35,223 bases of DNA. Origin: Anaerovibrio sp. (GTDB lineage Bacteria > Bacillota > Clostridia > Oscillospirales > Oscillospiraceae). Below the pieces are notes generated by a model. That model was not told the DNA's origin, did no database searches, and was given only the letters and a program-made list of their open reading frames with translations. Shown in pieces: positions 18,058-25,379 of the stretch (its first letter is position 1; every line of letters starts with the position of its first letter). Made by a program: the position numbers and the translations under genes. The stretch is from NCBI GenBank assembly GCA_963647775.1, contig CAVJBM010000103.1, forward strand, positions 1 through 35,223, written 5' to 3'.

Positions 18058-18100
18058 TATACTGGTAATACCAGTATAGCGGTTCCGCGGGAAATGTCAA
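18058..18100 (-). promoter_or_regulatory. Sigma-A promoter of the molybdoenzyme operon with an overlapping FadR-type operator
   Basis: TTGACA (18095-18100, minus)-16 bp-TATACT (18073-18078). The perfect palindrome TATACTGGT-aat-ACCAGTATA (18058-18078) matches the FadR-type TGGT-N3-ACCA. Confidence 0.8.
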
Positions 18101-18124
18101 CCCCCGGCGGACGTCCGGGCGCAG

Positions 18125-18153
18125 AAAATCCCCGCCGGAAAACCGGCGGGGAT
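18125..18153 (-). terminator. Intrinsic terminator of the csaB-glycosyltransferase operon
   Basis: atccccgccgg/ccggcggggat stem followed by TTTT on the minus strand. Confidence 0.7.
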
Positions 18154-18159
18154 GCTGGC

Positions 18160-19239
18160 TCAGAACAGTCCGGTGGACTCCAGGATGCGCTCCACCTCCG
18201 CCGCCCGGAGGGACCAGGCGGACCGCTCCGCCAGTTCCTTCCGTCGGGGGGCCAGGGCGGCGGAGTCCTCCTTCAGGGCGGCCTGGCACCGGCGGAGGAA
18301 GCCTGTGCCGTCATAGGCGGTGTACACCAGGTCGGGGAAGGGCTCGGGAGCGTCGGGGGCGGCCATGGTGACGATGGGCAGGCCGGTGGCCAGGTACTCG
18401 TAGAGGTGGGCGGGGACGATGTCGCTGCCAATGCGGTCGGCCCGGTTCAGGTCGAAGAGCGCCGTGCACACGCTCAGGCAGTCGGGCACCTCCACGGCGC
18501 TCACCGGCCCGGCCAGGATGACGTTGGGGCAGGGGGCCAGGGCCTTGGCCGCGGGCTTGGTCACCCGGCCCAGCAGCAGGAAGGTCCACTCGGACCGGCG
18601 CAGGGCGGCGGTGACCAGGGGGGAGAGGTCCGTCCGGCTGTCCAGGTCCCCCAGGCGGCCGAACACCGTCTGTCCGGCCAGCCCGGCCAGGGCCTCCGGC
18701 GGGGCGAACTCCCCCCGGGAGAACATCAGCGGGTTCACCCCGTTGGGCAGCAGGGCGATGTTGTCGCCGCACGGGGACAGGCGCTCCGCCAGCCCCGGGG
18801 AGGCGGCGAAGGTCACGTCCGCCCGGGCCACCAGGTCGCTCTCGTCCGCTAAAAATTCCTCGCCCCACTCCCGGGCGCAGTCGTACACCAGCCCGGCCTG
18901 CTCCACCCGCCGGGCCAGGGGCCCCTGCTCCGGGGCGGTGCACCACAGCACCGGGCCGCGGAAGCGGTGCCGCCGGGCGGCCTCCTGGATGAAGCCGGCG
19001 CACCGGGCCAGGGCCCGCCGCCGGAGCAGCTCCGGGCCGGGGGCATCGGGCCGTGCCGGCAGGGTATATACCGTGATGTGGGCCCGCACCCGGCGGCCCT
19101 GCTCGGGCATGGGCGCGCCCCGGGGGGGCGCGGGCTCAAAGAACAGGATCTGGACGTCGCCCATGCGGGCGAACAGCTGCTGCGTCCGTGTGGGCCGGGC
19201 CTGCCAGGGCAGGTGGGAGAGACAGATGATCTGCTTCAT
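18160..19239 (-). CDS. GT-B glycosyltransferase (TuaH-like, GT4-related), cell-wall polysaccharide synthesis
   Basis: RPTRTQQL, VYDC, ADVTFAAS, LPNGV, NVILAG, LYEYLATGLPIV. Confidence 0.8.
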   Translation of the reverse strand: MKQIICLSHLPWQARPTRTQQLFARMGDVQILFFEPAPPRGAPMPEQGRRVRAHITVYTLPARPDAPGPELLRRRALARCAGFIQEAARRHRFRGPVLWCTAPEQGPLARRVEQAGLVYDCAREWGEEFLADESDLVARADVTFAASPGLAERLSPCGDNIALLPNGVNPLMFSRGEFAPPEALAGLAGQTVFGRLGDLDSRTDLSPLVTAALRRSEWTFLLLGRVTKPAAKALAPCPNVILAGPVSAVEVPDCLSVCTALFDLNRADRIGSDIVPAHLYEYLATGLPIVTMAAPDAPEPFPDLVYTAYDGTGFLRRCQAALKEDSAALAPRRKELAERSAWSLRAAEVERILESTGLF

Positions 19240-19248
19240 GCCGCCGCC

Positions 19249-21480
19249 TCAGTCTTCCAGCAGTCCGCGGGCAGCGGACAGGTTGTTTTTCTCCAGCTCC
19301 AGCAGGCGGCGGGCCTTCTGCTCCAGCAGGGGCCGCTGATCCCGCCGGGCGGCGGCCTGCTCCAGCTGGGCCCGGAGCCCCTTGGCCGTCAGGCCGGACA
19401 GGGGGGCGTACAGGTCCTGCCCCACGCTGTCCAGAAAGGCGCTCACCTTGGGGTCGTACACGATGCCCACCAGGGGCACCCCGTGGACGGCGGAGAAGAT
19501 CAGCGCGTGCAGCCGCATGGACAGCACCACGTCCATCTGGGCGAACAGGGCGGACACCTGCTCCCCCTGCTGGGAGCCGGGGAGGATGGCGTAGGGCGCG
19601 CGGCGCAGGCAGGCGGCCACCTGTCCGGCGGCCCCCACGTCCAGCCGGGCCTCGATGGGGATGAACACGGGGATGAGCCCGTGGTCGTCGTACAGCCCGT
19701 CCAGGGCGGCGGCGATCAGGGCGGCCTTGGCCTCAAAGCCGTGCCACGGCCGGACGGACACGCCGATGTACCGCTGGCCCCCGTCGGGGTCCAGCCCCGC
19801 GTCCCGCAGCAGCTTCCGGGCCAGCTCCGGGTCGGCGGAGGGGAGGGTCACCGTGGGGTCGGCGGCCAGGATCACCTGGGGCCGGGTCACCCCCATGGAC
19901 TCCAGCTCCTTGGCGGAGTTCTCGTCCCGCAGGGTGATGACGTCCACGCTGCGGTCGATGACCCTGGCGGCGTGGGCGCGGTCGGAGGGGAAATTCACCG
20001 GCCCGATGCCGCAGCCGTACATCATTACCTTACAGCCCTGCCGCTTGGCGGTGGTGAGGGTGGACAGATAGAACCACAGGGACCGGCGGCTGGAGATGTC
20101 CTGGATCAGGGAGCCGCCGCCGTTGACGTACAGCCTGGCGGTGGACATGGCCCGCCGGTAGCGGAGCCAGTTGAAGGTGTACACCGCCTCGGTGCGGCAG
20201 TCCCGCCGGGCCAGCTTGGGCCGCCGGGTCATGACGCAGATGGGCAGGGCCGGGTCGATGGAGCGCAGCTCCGCCACGATGGCCCGCATGATGGCCTCGT
20301 CCCCGGCGTTGCCCCGGCCGTAGGCGCCGCACACCACGGCCCCGTCCCGGCGGGCGCGGGAGCAGCCCTCCCGCCGGAGGATCTTCCGGTAGATCTCCAG
20401 CTGGGTCTGGATGGTGCGCTCCAGGGAGAACTTGTCGGAGGCCTTCTCGTACAGCCGCCGGCCGAAGGCCAGCCGCAGCTCGTCGTTGCTGCCCAGCTCG
20501 GCCAGGCAGCGACCCAGGGCCTCCCAATCCCCGGCGGGGAAGAGGCAGCCGTTCACGCCGCTGTCGATGAGGTTGGGGATGCCCCCCACGGCGGAGGCCA
20601 CCGTGGCCAGCTTATGGCGGGAGCCCTCGGTGAGGGCGTAGGGGAAGGTCTCGGACAGGGAGGTGAGGGCGTTGACGTCGATGGCGGCGTAGAAGTCGTC
20701 CATGCCGTTGATCCACCCGGCGAAGGTCACCTGCCGCTCCACGCCCAGGTCCCGGGCCAGGGCCTTCAGCTTGTCCAGCTCCTCGCCGTCGCCGGCGATG
20801 ACCAGCCGCAGCCGGGGGCAGCGGGCGTAGGCCGCGGCGTACCCCCGGATGAGGGTGGACATGTCCTTCACCGGGTTCAGCCGGGCGGCGATGCCCACCA
20901 CCACGGAGTCCTCGTCCACATCGGCCCCCAGGCCGCGCAGATAGGCCAGCCGGTCCCCGGCGGGCGGGGCGGGGGTGAACTCGATGCCGTTGTAGATGGC
21001 GTAGATGCCCCGCCCGGCGATGCCCCGGTCGATGAGCAGGTCGGCCATGGCATCGGACACGCCGATGTGGTACGGGATGTGCCGCAGGGCCCACCCGTTG
21101 AGGGAGCCGAAGGCCAGCCGCCCGAAGAACCGGCCCATGTAGTCCAGCTCCGGGTCGCTGTGGACGGTGGTGACCACGGGCAGGCCGGTGCTCAGGTGGA
21201 GCAGGGCGCCCATGAGGTTGCCCCGGGAGCCGTGGCAGTGGACCAGGTCATAGCCCCCGGCCCGCACCAGGGCCCGCAGCTTCCGCTGCACGGAAAAGAT
21301 GTTGCGGCCGGGCAGCACCGTGGTGGAGATGCCCAGCTCCCGGGCCTGCCGGGCGAAGGGCCCCTCGGTGAAGCACACCATGTCCGCCTGGATATGCCCG
21401 GACAGCCCCTGGAGCAGGGAGAACACATGGGTCTTGGCGCCGCCGCTGTCGCCGCCGCTGATGAGATGGATGACTTTCAT
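19249..21480 (-). CDS. csaB: GT4 glycosyltransferase fused to polysaccharide pyruvyl transferase CsaB
   Basis: N-terminal GT4 (GGAKTHV, HCHG, ARLNPVKD, SETFPYALTE); C-terminal GAYGRGNAGDEAI, GGGSLIQD.SS, GIGP, ITLRD, MRLHALIFS, YDPKV. Confidence 0.9.
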   Translation of the reverse strand: MKVIHLISGGDSGGAKTHVFSLLQGLSGHIQADMVCFTEGPFARQARELGISTTVLPGRNIFSVQRKLRALVRAGGYDLVHCHGSRGNLMGALLHLSTGLPVVTTVHSDPELDYMGRFFGRLAFGSLNGWALRHIPYHIGVSDAMADLLIDRGIAGRGIYAIYNGIEFTPAPPAGDRLAYLRGLGADVDEDSVVVGIAARLNPVKDMSTLIRGYAAAYARCPRLRLVIAGDGEELDKLKALARDLGVERQVTFAGWINGMDDFYAAIDVNALTSLSETFPYALTEGSRHKLATVASAVGGIPNLIDSGVNGCLFPAGDWEALGRCLAELGSNDELRLAFGRRLYEKASDKFSLERTIQTQLEIYRKILRREGCSRARRDGAVVCGAYGRGNAGDEAIMRAIVAELRSIDPALPICVMTRRPKLARRDCRTEAVYTFNWLRYRRAMSTARLYVNGGGSLIQDISSRRSLWFYLSTLTTAKRQGCKVMMYGCGIGPVNFPSDRAHAARVIDRSVDVITLRDENSAKELESMGVTRPQVILAADPTVTLPSADPELARKLLRDAGLDPDGGQRYIGVSVRPWHGFEAKAALIAAALDGLYDDHGLIPVFIPIEARLDVGAAGQVAACLRRAPYAILPGSQQGEQVSALFAQMDVVLSMRLHALIFSAVHGVPLVGIVYDPKVSAFLDSVGQDLYAPLSGLTAKGLRAQLEQAAARRDQRPLLEQKARRLLELEKNNLSAARGLLED

Positions 21481-21511
21481 TTCAGCCTCCGAATCTTAAT
21501 ACAAACTTCAC

Positions 21512-21540
21512 TTGTCATGGAGCGGGGAATACGCTACAAT
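21512..21540 (+). promoter_or_regulatory. Sigma-A promoter of the PAP2 gene
   Basis: TTGTCA-17 bp-TACAAT. Confidence 0.6.
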
Positions 21541-21562
21541 ACCGTCGAGTGATCGAACTACT

Positions 21563-21591
21563 ATTATACCGGCTTTTTGGCCGGCGGTCAA
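21563..21591 (-). promoter_or_regulatory. Sigma-A promoter of csaB
   Basis: TTGACC-17 bp-TATAAT on the minus strand. Confidence 0.7.
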
Positions 21592-21608
21592 GCAAAGGAG
21601 CGATGGAT

Positions 21609-22169
21609 ATGAGCGCGATACAGGCCCTGGACGAGTGCATCCTCTGGTGGATCGCGGAGCATCTGCGGGTGGGCTGGCTCAACGGCCCGGTGGTGCTGTT
21701 CTCCAAGCTGGGCAACGCGGGGCTGCTGTTCATCGCGGCCACCCTGGTGCTGCTGGCGTTCCGGCAGACCCGGCGGCTGGGCATCCACACGGCGGCTGGG
21801 CTCATCATCGACGTGCTGGCGGTGAACGCCACCATCAAGCCCCTGGTGAGCCGGGCCCGGCCCTGGCTGGTGATGGAGGGCTTCCAGACCCTGGCCCGCA
21901 GCAGCGACCCCAACTCCTTCCCCTCGGGGCACACCTGCGCCGCCTTCGCCTTCGCCGCGGCCATCTGGGTGGCCACGCCCAATAAAAAGATCAGGGCCGC
22001 GGCGCTGATCGCCGCGGTCCTGATGGGCCTGTCCAGATTGTACGTGGGCGTCCACTTCCCCAGCGACGTGCTGGCCGGCGTGGTCATCGGCTCCCTGTGC
22101 GGCCTGCTGGGGGGCCTGCTGGCCCGGCAGGGCCTCACTCGGTGGGAACGCCGGAAAGCTGAAGGATAA
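21609..22169 (+). CDS. PAP2-family membrane phosphatase (undecaprenyl-pyrophosphate phosphatase-like)
   Basis: K..VSRARP, SFPSGH and SRLYVGVHFPSDV motifs. AAGGAG lies 8 nt before ATG 21609 (alternative ATG at 21603). Confidence 0.9.
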   Translation: MSAIQALDECILWWIAEHLRVGWLNGPVVLFSKLGNAGLLFIAATLVLLAFRQTRRLGIHTAAGLIIDVLAVNATIKPLVSRARPWLVMEGFQTLARSSDPNSFPSGHTCAAFAFAAAIWVATPNKKIRAAALIAAVLMGLSRLYVGVHFPSDVLAGVVIGSLCGLLGGLLARQGLTRWERRKAEG

Positions 22170-22857
22170 CGGCCTGGGCCAGCAGCAGGCCCGCCGCGGC
22201 GGGCACCCACATGGCGCTGGCGGGGACGCTCCTGCGGCCGGGGGGCGGGGCCTCGGCCCCCTCCTCGCCCCGGTGGGGCAGCTCCGGGGAAAAGACCACC
22301 TGGTGATGCCGGATGCCGCGATTGCGCAGTTCCTTGCGGATGACCCGGGCCAGGGGGCAGCCCTCCGTGCGGGAGATGTCCGCCAGGCGCAGCTGCTGGG
22401 CGTCCAGCTTGTTGCCGGTGCCCAGGGCGGAGATGATGGGGATACCCCGCTTATGGGCCGTCTCGATCAGGTCCAGCTTGCAGGCCACCAGGTCGATGGC
22501 ATCCACGATGTAGTCGTAATGCCCGGCGAAGAACTCCTCCCGCCGCCCAGCCTCGTACCGGGCATAGACGGGGTGGAGCACACAGTCCGGGTTGATATCC
22601 CGCAGGCGGAGGGCCAGGGCCTCCGCTTTTTTCATGCCCACGGTGGAGTGGAGGGCGGCGGCCTGCCGGTTGAGGTTGCTGACGGATACCTCGTCCTGGT
22701 CGAACAGGGTCAGCTCCCCCACGCCGGAGCGGCACAGCGCCTCGGCGCACCAGCTGCCCACGCCGCCCAGGCCCAGCACGGCCACGTGGCTGGCGGCCAG
22801 CTTCTCCACGGCCCCGGAGCCCAGCAGCATCCGGATGCGGTCAAATTGCTCGTCCAT
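22135..22857 (-). CDS. tcdA: tRNA threonylcarbamoyladenosine dehydratase (ThiF/E1-like)
   Basis: GLGGVGSWCAEAL, SNLNRQ, YDYIVDAID, GTGNKLD, CPLARVIRKELR, VVFSPE; RBS AAGGAG. Confidence 0.9.
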   Translation of the reverse strand: MDEQFDRIRMLLGSGAVEKLAASHVAVLGLGGVGSWCAEALCRSGVGELTLFDQDEVSVSNLNRQAAALHSTVGMKKAEALALRLRDINPDCVLHPVYARYEAGRREEFFAGHYDYIVDAIDLVACKLDLIETAHKRGIPIISALGTGNKLDAQQLRLADISRTEGCPLARVIRKELRNRGIRHHQVVFSPELPHRGEEGAEAPPPGRRSVPASAMWVPAAAGLLLAQAVILQLSGVPTE

Positions 22858-22873
22858 GAGTAGGACTCCTTTC

Positions 22874-22910
22874 AAAAAAACGGGCGCGCCGTTCCTGCGG
22901 CGCGCCCGTT
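22874..22910 (-). terminator. Intrinsic terminator after the foldase gene
   Basis: aacgggcgcgccg/cggcgcgcccgtt stem with a T7 tail on the minus strand. Confidence 0.8.
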
Positions 22911-22921
22911 CGGCGTTTTCG

Positions 22922-24418
22922 TTACCGGCCCAGCAGCTCGGCGCCGGAGGCCAGCTCGGTGGAGTAGTCGTCCAGGAAGCCGTCCATCCACTCGGTCATG
23001 GCGTCGGAGGTCAGGGTATTGCGCACGGTGATCTTCCAGGTGGGGTCGTTCACGCCCTGGAAGTACAGCACGTAGTAGCCGTGATAGCTGCCGGACTCGA
23101 ACTTCACCACGGCGGCATCGCCGGCGGCGCGGTCCTCAGCAAAGACCCACTCGCCCCGGGCATCCTCCGCCAGGTTGGCCTGGGTCACGGCGGTGCTCAG
23201 GCCGCCGCTGCTCATGCCGTTGTCGGTGGCCAGGGCGGCAAAGGCGTCGTCGGTCTTTTCGCCGCTCTCATAGGCGGCCAGGATCTCCTCGGCCTTGGCC
23301 TTGGCGGCGGCCCAGGCCTCGTCGGTGGGCTCGTCGGCGTCCTCGGCCACCTCGGCGGCCACGTAGATCTGCCGGATGTCGGCGGTGGAGGACTCCTCCA
23401 GGCGGCGGCCGTGATAGATCACCAGGTAGTAGCCGTAGTCCTCATACTCCACCACGGCGGCGCCGTCCGCATCCAGCTTCAGCAGGTCCTCGCGGTAGAT
23501 GGAGCTGATGGAATCGGTGCCCACCACGGAGGTGTGGTCGGCGGAGGTGGTGGGCTCCCGGGCGTCGATGATCTTGGAGATGTCGGTGCCGTTCTCGTAC
23601 TGGGTCAGGGCCAGGTCGGCCTTCTCCTTGACGGCGGCCATGGCCTCCTCCTTCAGCTTGGCCAGCTCCTCCTCGGTGCGCTCGTTGCCGTCGTTGTCGG
23701 TGGAGGAGACGGTGTCGGCCTTGAAGTACAGGTAGGAGTACTCAAAGGTGTCCACGCTGTCGGCGTTCTCCTCATAGTACTTCTGCAGGTCCTCCTCGGT
23801 GAGGGCGTCCTGCTTCTCCTGATAGAGGTCGGAGTAGTAGGTCTTGGCCACCAGCTCCCGGGTGAGCAGTTTCTCGAACACGGCGGGGGTCATATACTGG
23901 CCGTAGGTGGCGATGAGGTAGGACTTGTAGCTGTAGCCGTTGTTGGCGGCAGAGCTCTTCATGGAGCTGACCTGCGCGTCCAGATCGTCCTTCACGTCGG
24001 CGTCCTTGTAGCCGGCGGCGATGGCCTTGTCATATACGGCCAAGGTGCGCTGGGCGGTGGACAGGGCGGTCTCAAGGAAGAAGTCCCGGTAGGACTTGTT
24101 CTCCTCGGCGTTGTAGACCTGGTCGGCGTCGGCCTTGCTGGTGTCGATCAGACCATACAGGGCGTACATATACCGGGCGCCGTAATAGTAGTAGCCCAGC
24201 TCGCCCACGGTCAGCTTCTCGCCGCCCACGGTGGCGGCGGTCTTGCCCCGCTCAAAGACGCCGGAGCCGTAGACCAGCAGCAGCACCACCGCCACGGCCA
24301 CCACGGCGGCAATGACGGAATAGGTGCGTACCTTCTTCTTGTAAGCGGCCTGGGTCTGATCGACCTTGCCGGTCCGCTCTGCGCCCTGGCGCTGCTTCTT
24401 CTCTCTGGATGCGCTCAT
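22922..24418 (-). CDS. Membrane-anchored SurA/PrsA-like foldase (degenerate parvulin PPIase domains)
   Basis: Basic N-terminus, single TM helix, AATVGGEKLT SurA-N-like motif, and parvulin-like AKAEEIL..FAALA..GG..GYYVLY. Start placed at ATG 24418. Confidence 0.75.
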   Translation of the reverse strand: MSASREKKQRQGAERTGKVDQTQAAYKKKVRTYSVIAAVVAVAVVLLLVYGSGVFERGKTAATVGGEKLTVGELGYYYYGARYMYALYGLIDTSKADADQVYNAEENKSYRDFFLETALSTAQRTLAVYDKAIAAGYKDADVKDDLDAQVSSMKSSAANNGYSYKSYLIATYGQYMTPAVFEKLLTRELVAKTYYSDLYQEKQDALTEEDLQKYYEENADSVDTFEYSYLYFKADTVSSTDNDGNERTEEELAKLKEEAMAAVKEKADLALTQYENGTDISKIIDAREPTTSADHTSVVGTDSISSIYREDLLKLDADGAAVVEYEDYGYYLVIYHGRRLEESSTADIRQIYVAAEVAEDADEPTDEAWAAAKAKAEEILAAYESGEKTDDAFAALATDNGMSSGGLSTAVTQANLAEDARGEWVFAEDRAAGDAAVVKFESGSYHGYYVLYFQGVNDPTWKITVRNTLTSDAMTEWMDGFLDDYSTELASGAELLGR

Positions 24419-24503
24419 GGAGATCAATCCTCTCAAACGTAAAATGATGCGTTGCGTTCTGGAAACGGAACAAAGGCACATCCATGATGTGCCGAATACC
24501 GGC

Positions 24504-24532
24504 ATTATAGCACGGAACCCCCCGCCATGCAA
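24504..24532 (-). promoter_or_regulatory. Sigma-A promoter of the foldase gene
   Basis: TTGCAT-17 bp-TATAAT with an extended TG. Confidence 0.7.
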
Positions 24533-24583
24533 GCAGAAAATGCCCCCGGCGGTTCCAGGCGGCGGAATATTTACAAAATGGAC

Positions 24584-24616
24584 AAAGAAAACGGGGGAGT
24601 GCAGGGCACTCCCCCG
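24584..24616 (-). terminator. Terminator downstream of the 6S RNA
   Basis: cgggggagtgc-agg-gcactcccccg stem with a TTTTCTTT tail on the minus strand. Confidence 0.75.
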
Positions 24617-24625
24617 GTGCGGTCA

Positions 24626-24834
24626 AGGACCCCCGCCATGGCCGTGTCGCCCAGTCAAAGACCTGCACATACATGCAGGTGGGTCGCTCCCGCTTGGCAT
24701 TACCGCTTCCAACGTCCGGGGTCCTCCGAAGAGGGCCGGGAGGCCTGCGAACCGCCGCGCGAGGGGGGCGTCCCGTATTAAAGGTGTCGGTTTTGAAAAG
24801 GCGGATCACGTAGTTAGAACCCGGCAGGGGTCAG
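24626..24834 (-). ncRNA. ssrS: 6S RNA (SsrS)
   Basis: About 205 nt and non-coding. The 5' gacccctgcc pairs with the 3' ggcgggggtc as a closing stem. It has an unpaired central bubble, a clostridial-type CCCACCTG..CAGGT hairpin and a 3' acggccatggcgg, followed by a terminator. Recognised by eye; boundaries are approximate. Confidence 0.75.
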
Positions 24835-24843
24835 GGCGGGGCG

Positions 24844-25143
24844 TTACTGGTCCGCACCGTCCTCCTCGTCGTCAAACAGGACGTCCATGAACTGCTCGTA
24901 GACGGCGTCCAGCTCGGCCTCGTCGTCGATGTCGGCCAGCAGCTCCTCGCCGTTCTGCTCCACGACCTTCAGCAGGATCAGGCCGAAGTCCTCGTCCTCC
25001 TCGTCCATGTCGGCGGGGACGAAGGACATGTAGGTGGTGCCGTTGTACTCCAGTGTGCCCAGGTGCTCCAGTTCAAATTCGTTGCCCTCTTCATCGGTGA
25101 CGGTGATGAAATCGGGGCCGTACTCTTCTTCCAGATCAGCCAT
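24844..25143 (-). CDS. DUF1292 family acidic small protein
   Basis: ITVTDEEGNEFELEHLGTLEYNGTTY...ILLKV...LADIDDEAELDAVYEQF; RBS AAGGAG. Confidence 0.85.
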   Translation of the reverse strand: MADLEEEYGPDFITVTDEEGNEFELEHLGTLEYNGTTYMSFVPADMDEEDEDFGLILLKVVEQNGEELLADIDDEAELDAVYEQFMDVLFDDEEDGADQ

Positions 25144-25181
25144 CGTGCTCGCTCCTTCCCGGCCGTTCGGCCTACGGCTAT

Positions 25182-25210
25182 ATTGTATCTGCTGCGGGGG
25201 GAAAATGCAA
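25182..25210 (-). promoter_or_regulatory. Sigma-A promoter of DUF1292-6S
   Basis: TTGCAT-17 bp-TACAAT on the minus strand. Confidence 0.65.
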
Positions 25211-25248
25211 GGGGTAGTGGATAAATTTTGTGCCCCGGCCGCCGGGTG

Positions 25249-25277
25249 TGGACAAACGGCCCATTCTGTGGTATAAT
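25249..25277 (+). promoter_or_regulatory. Sigma-A promoter of the PBP gene
   Basis: TGGACA-17 bp-TATAAT with an extended TG. Confidence 0.75.
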
Positions 25278-25379
25278 CACTCAGTTATCTCCGGCGCTCA
25301 GCGCGCCGGCAGGCTGGGACCCCGTGTCCACCGGAGCGCCGCGGCAGCCGCGGCGGATACATTCGGAGGTATTTATTTT

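Noticed and set aside
11531..18153. Mo operon as a mobile island
   Set aside because: No integrase, transposase, flanking direct repeats or obvious compositional shift seen.
24252..24890. ORFs spanning the 6S region
   Set aside because: No RBS or motifs; the region is explained by a promoter, a terminator and the ncRNA.
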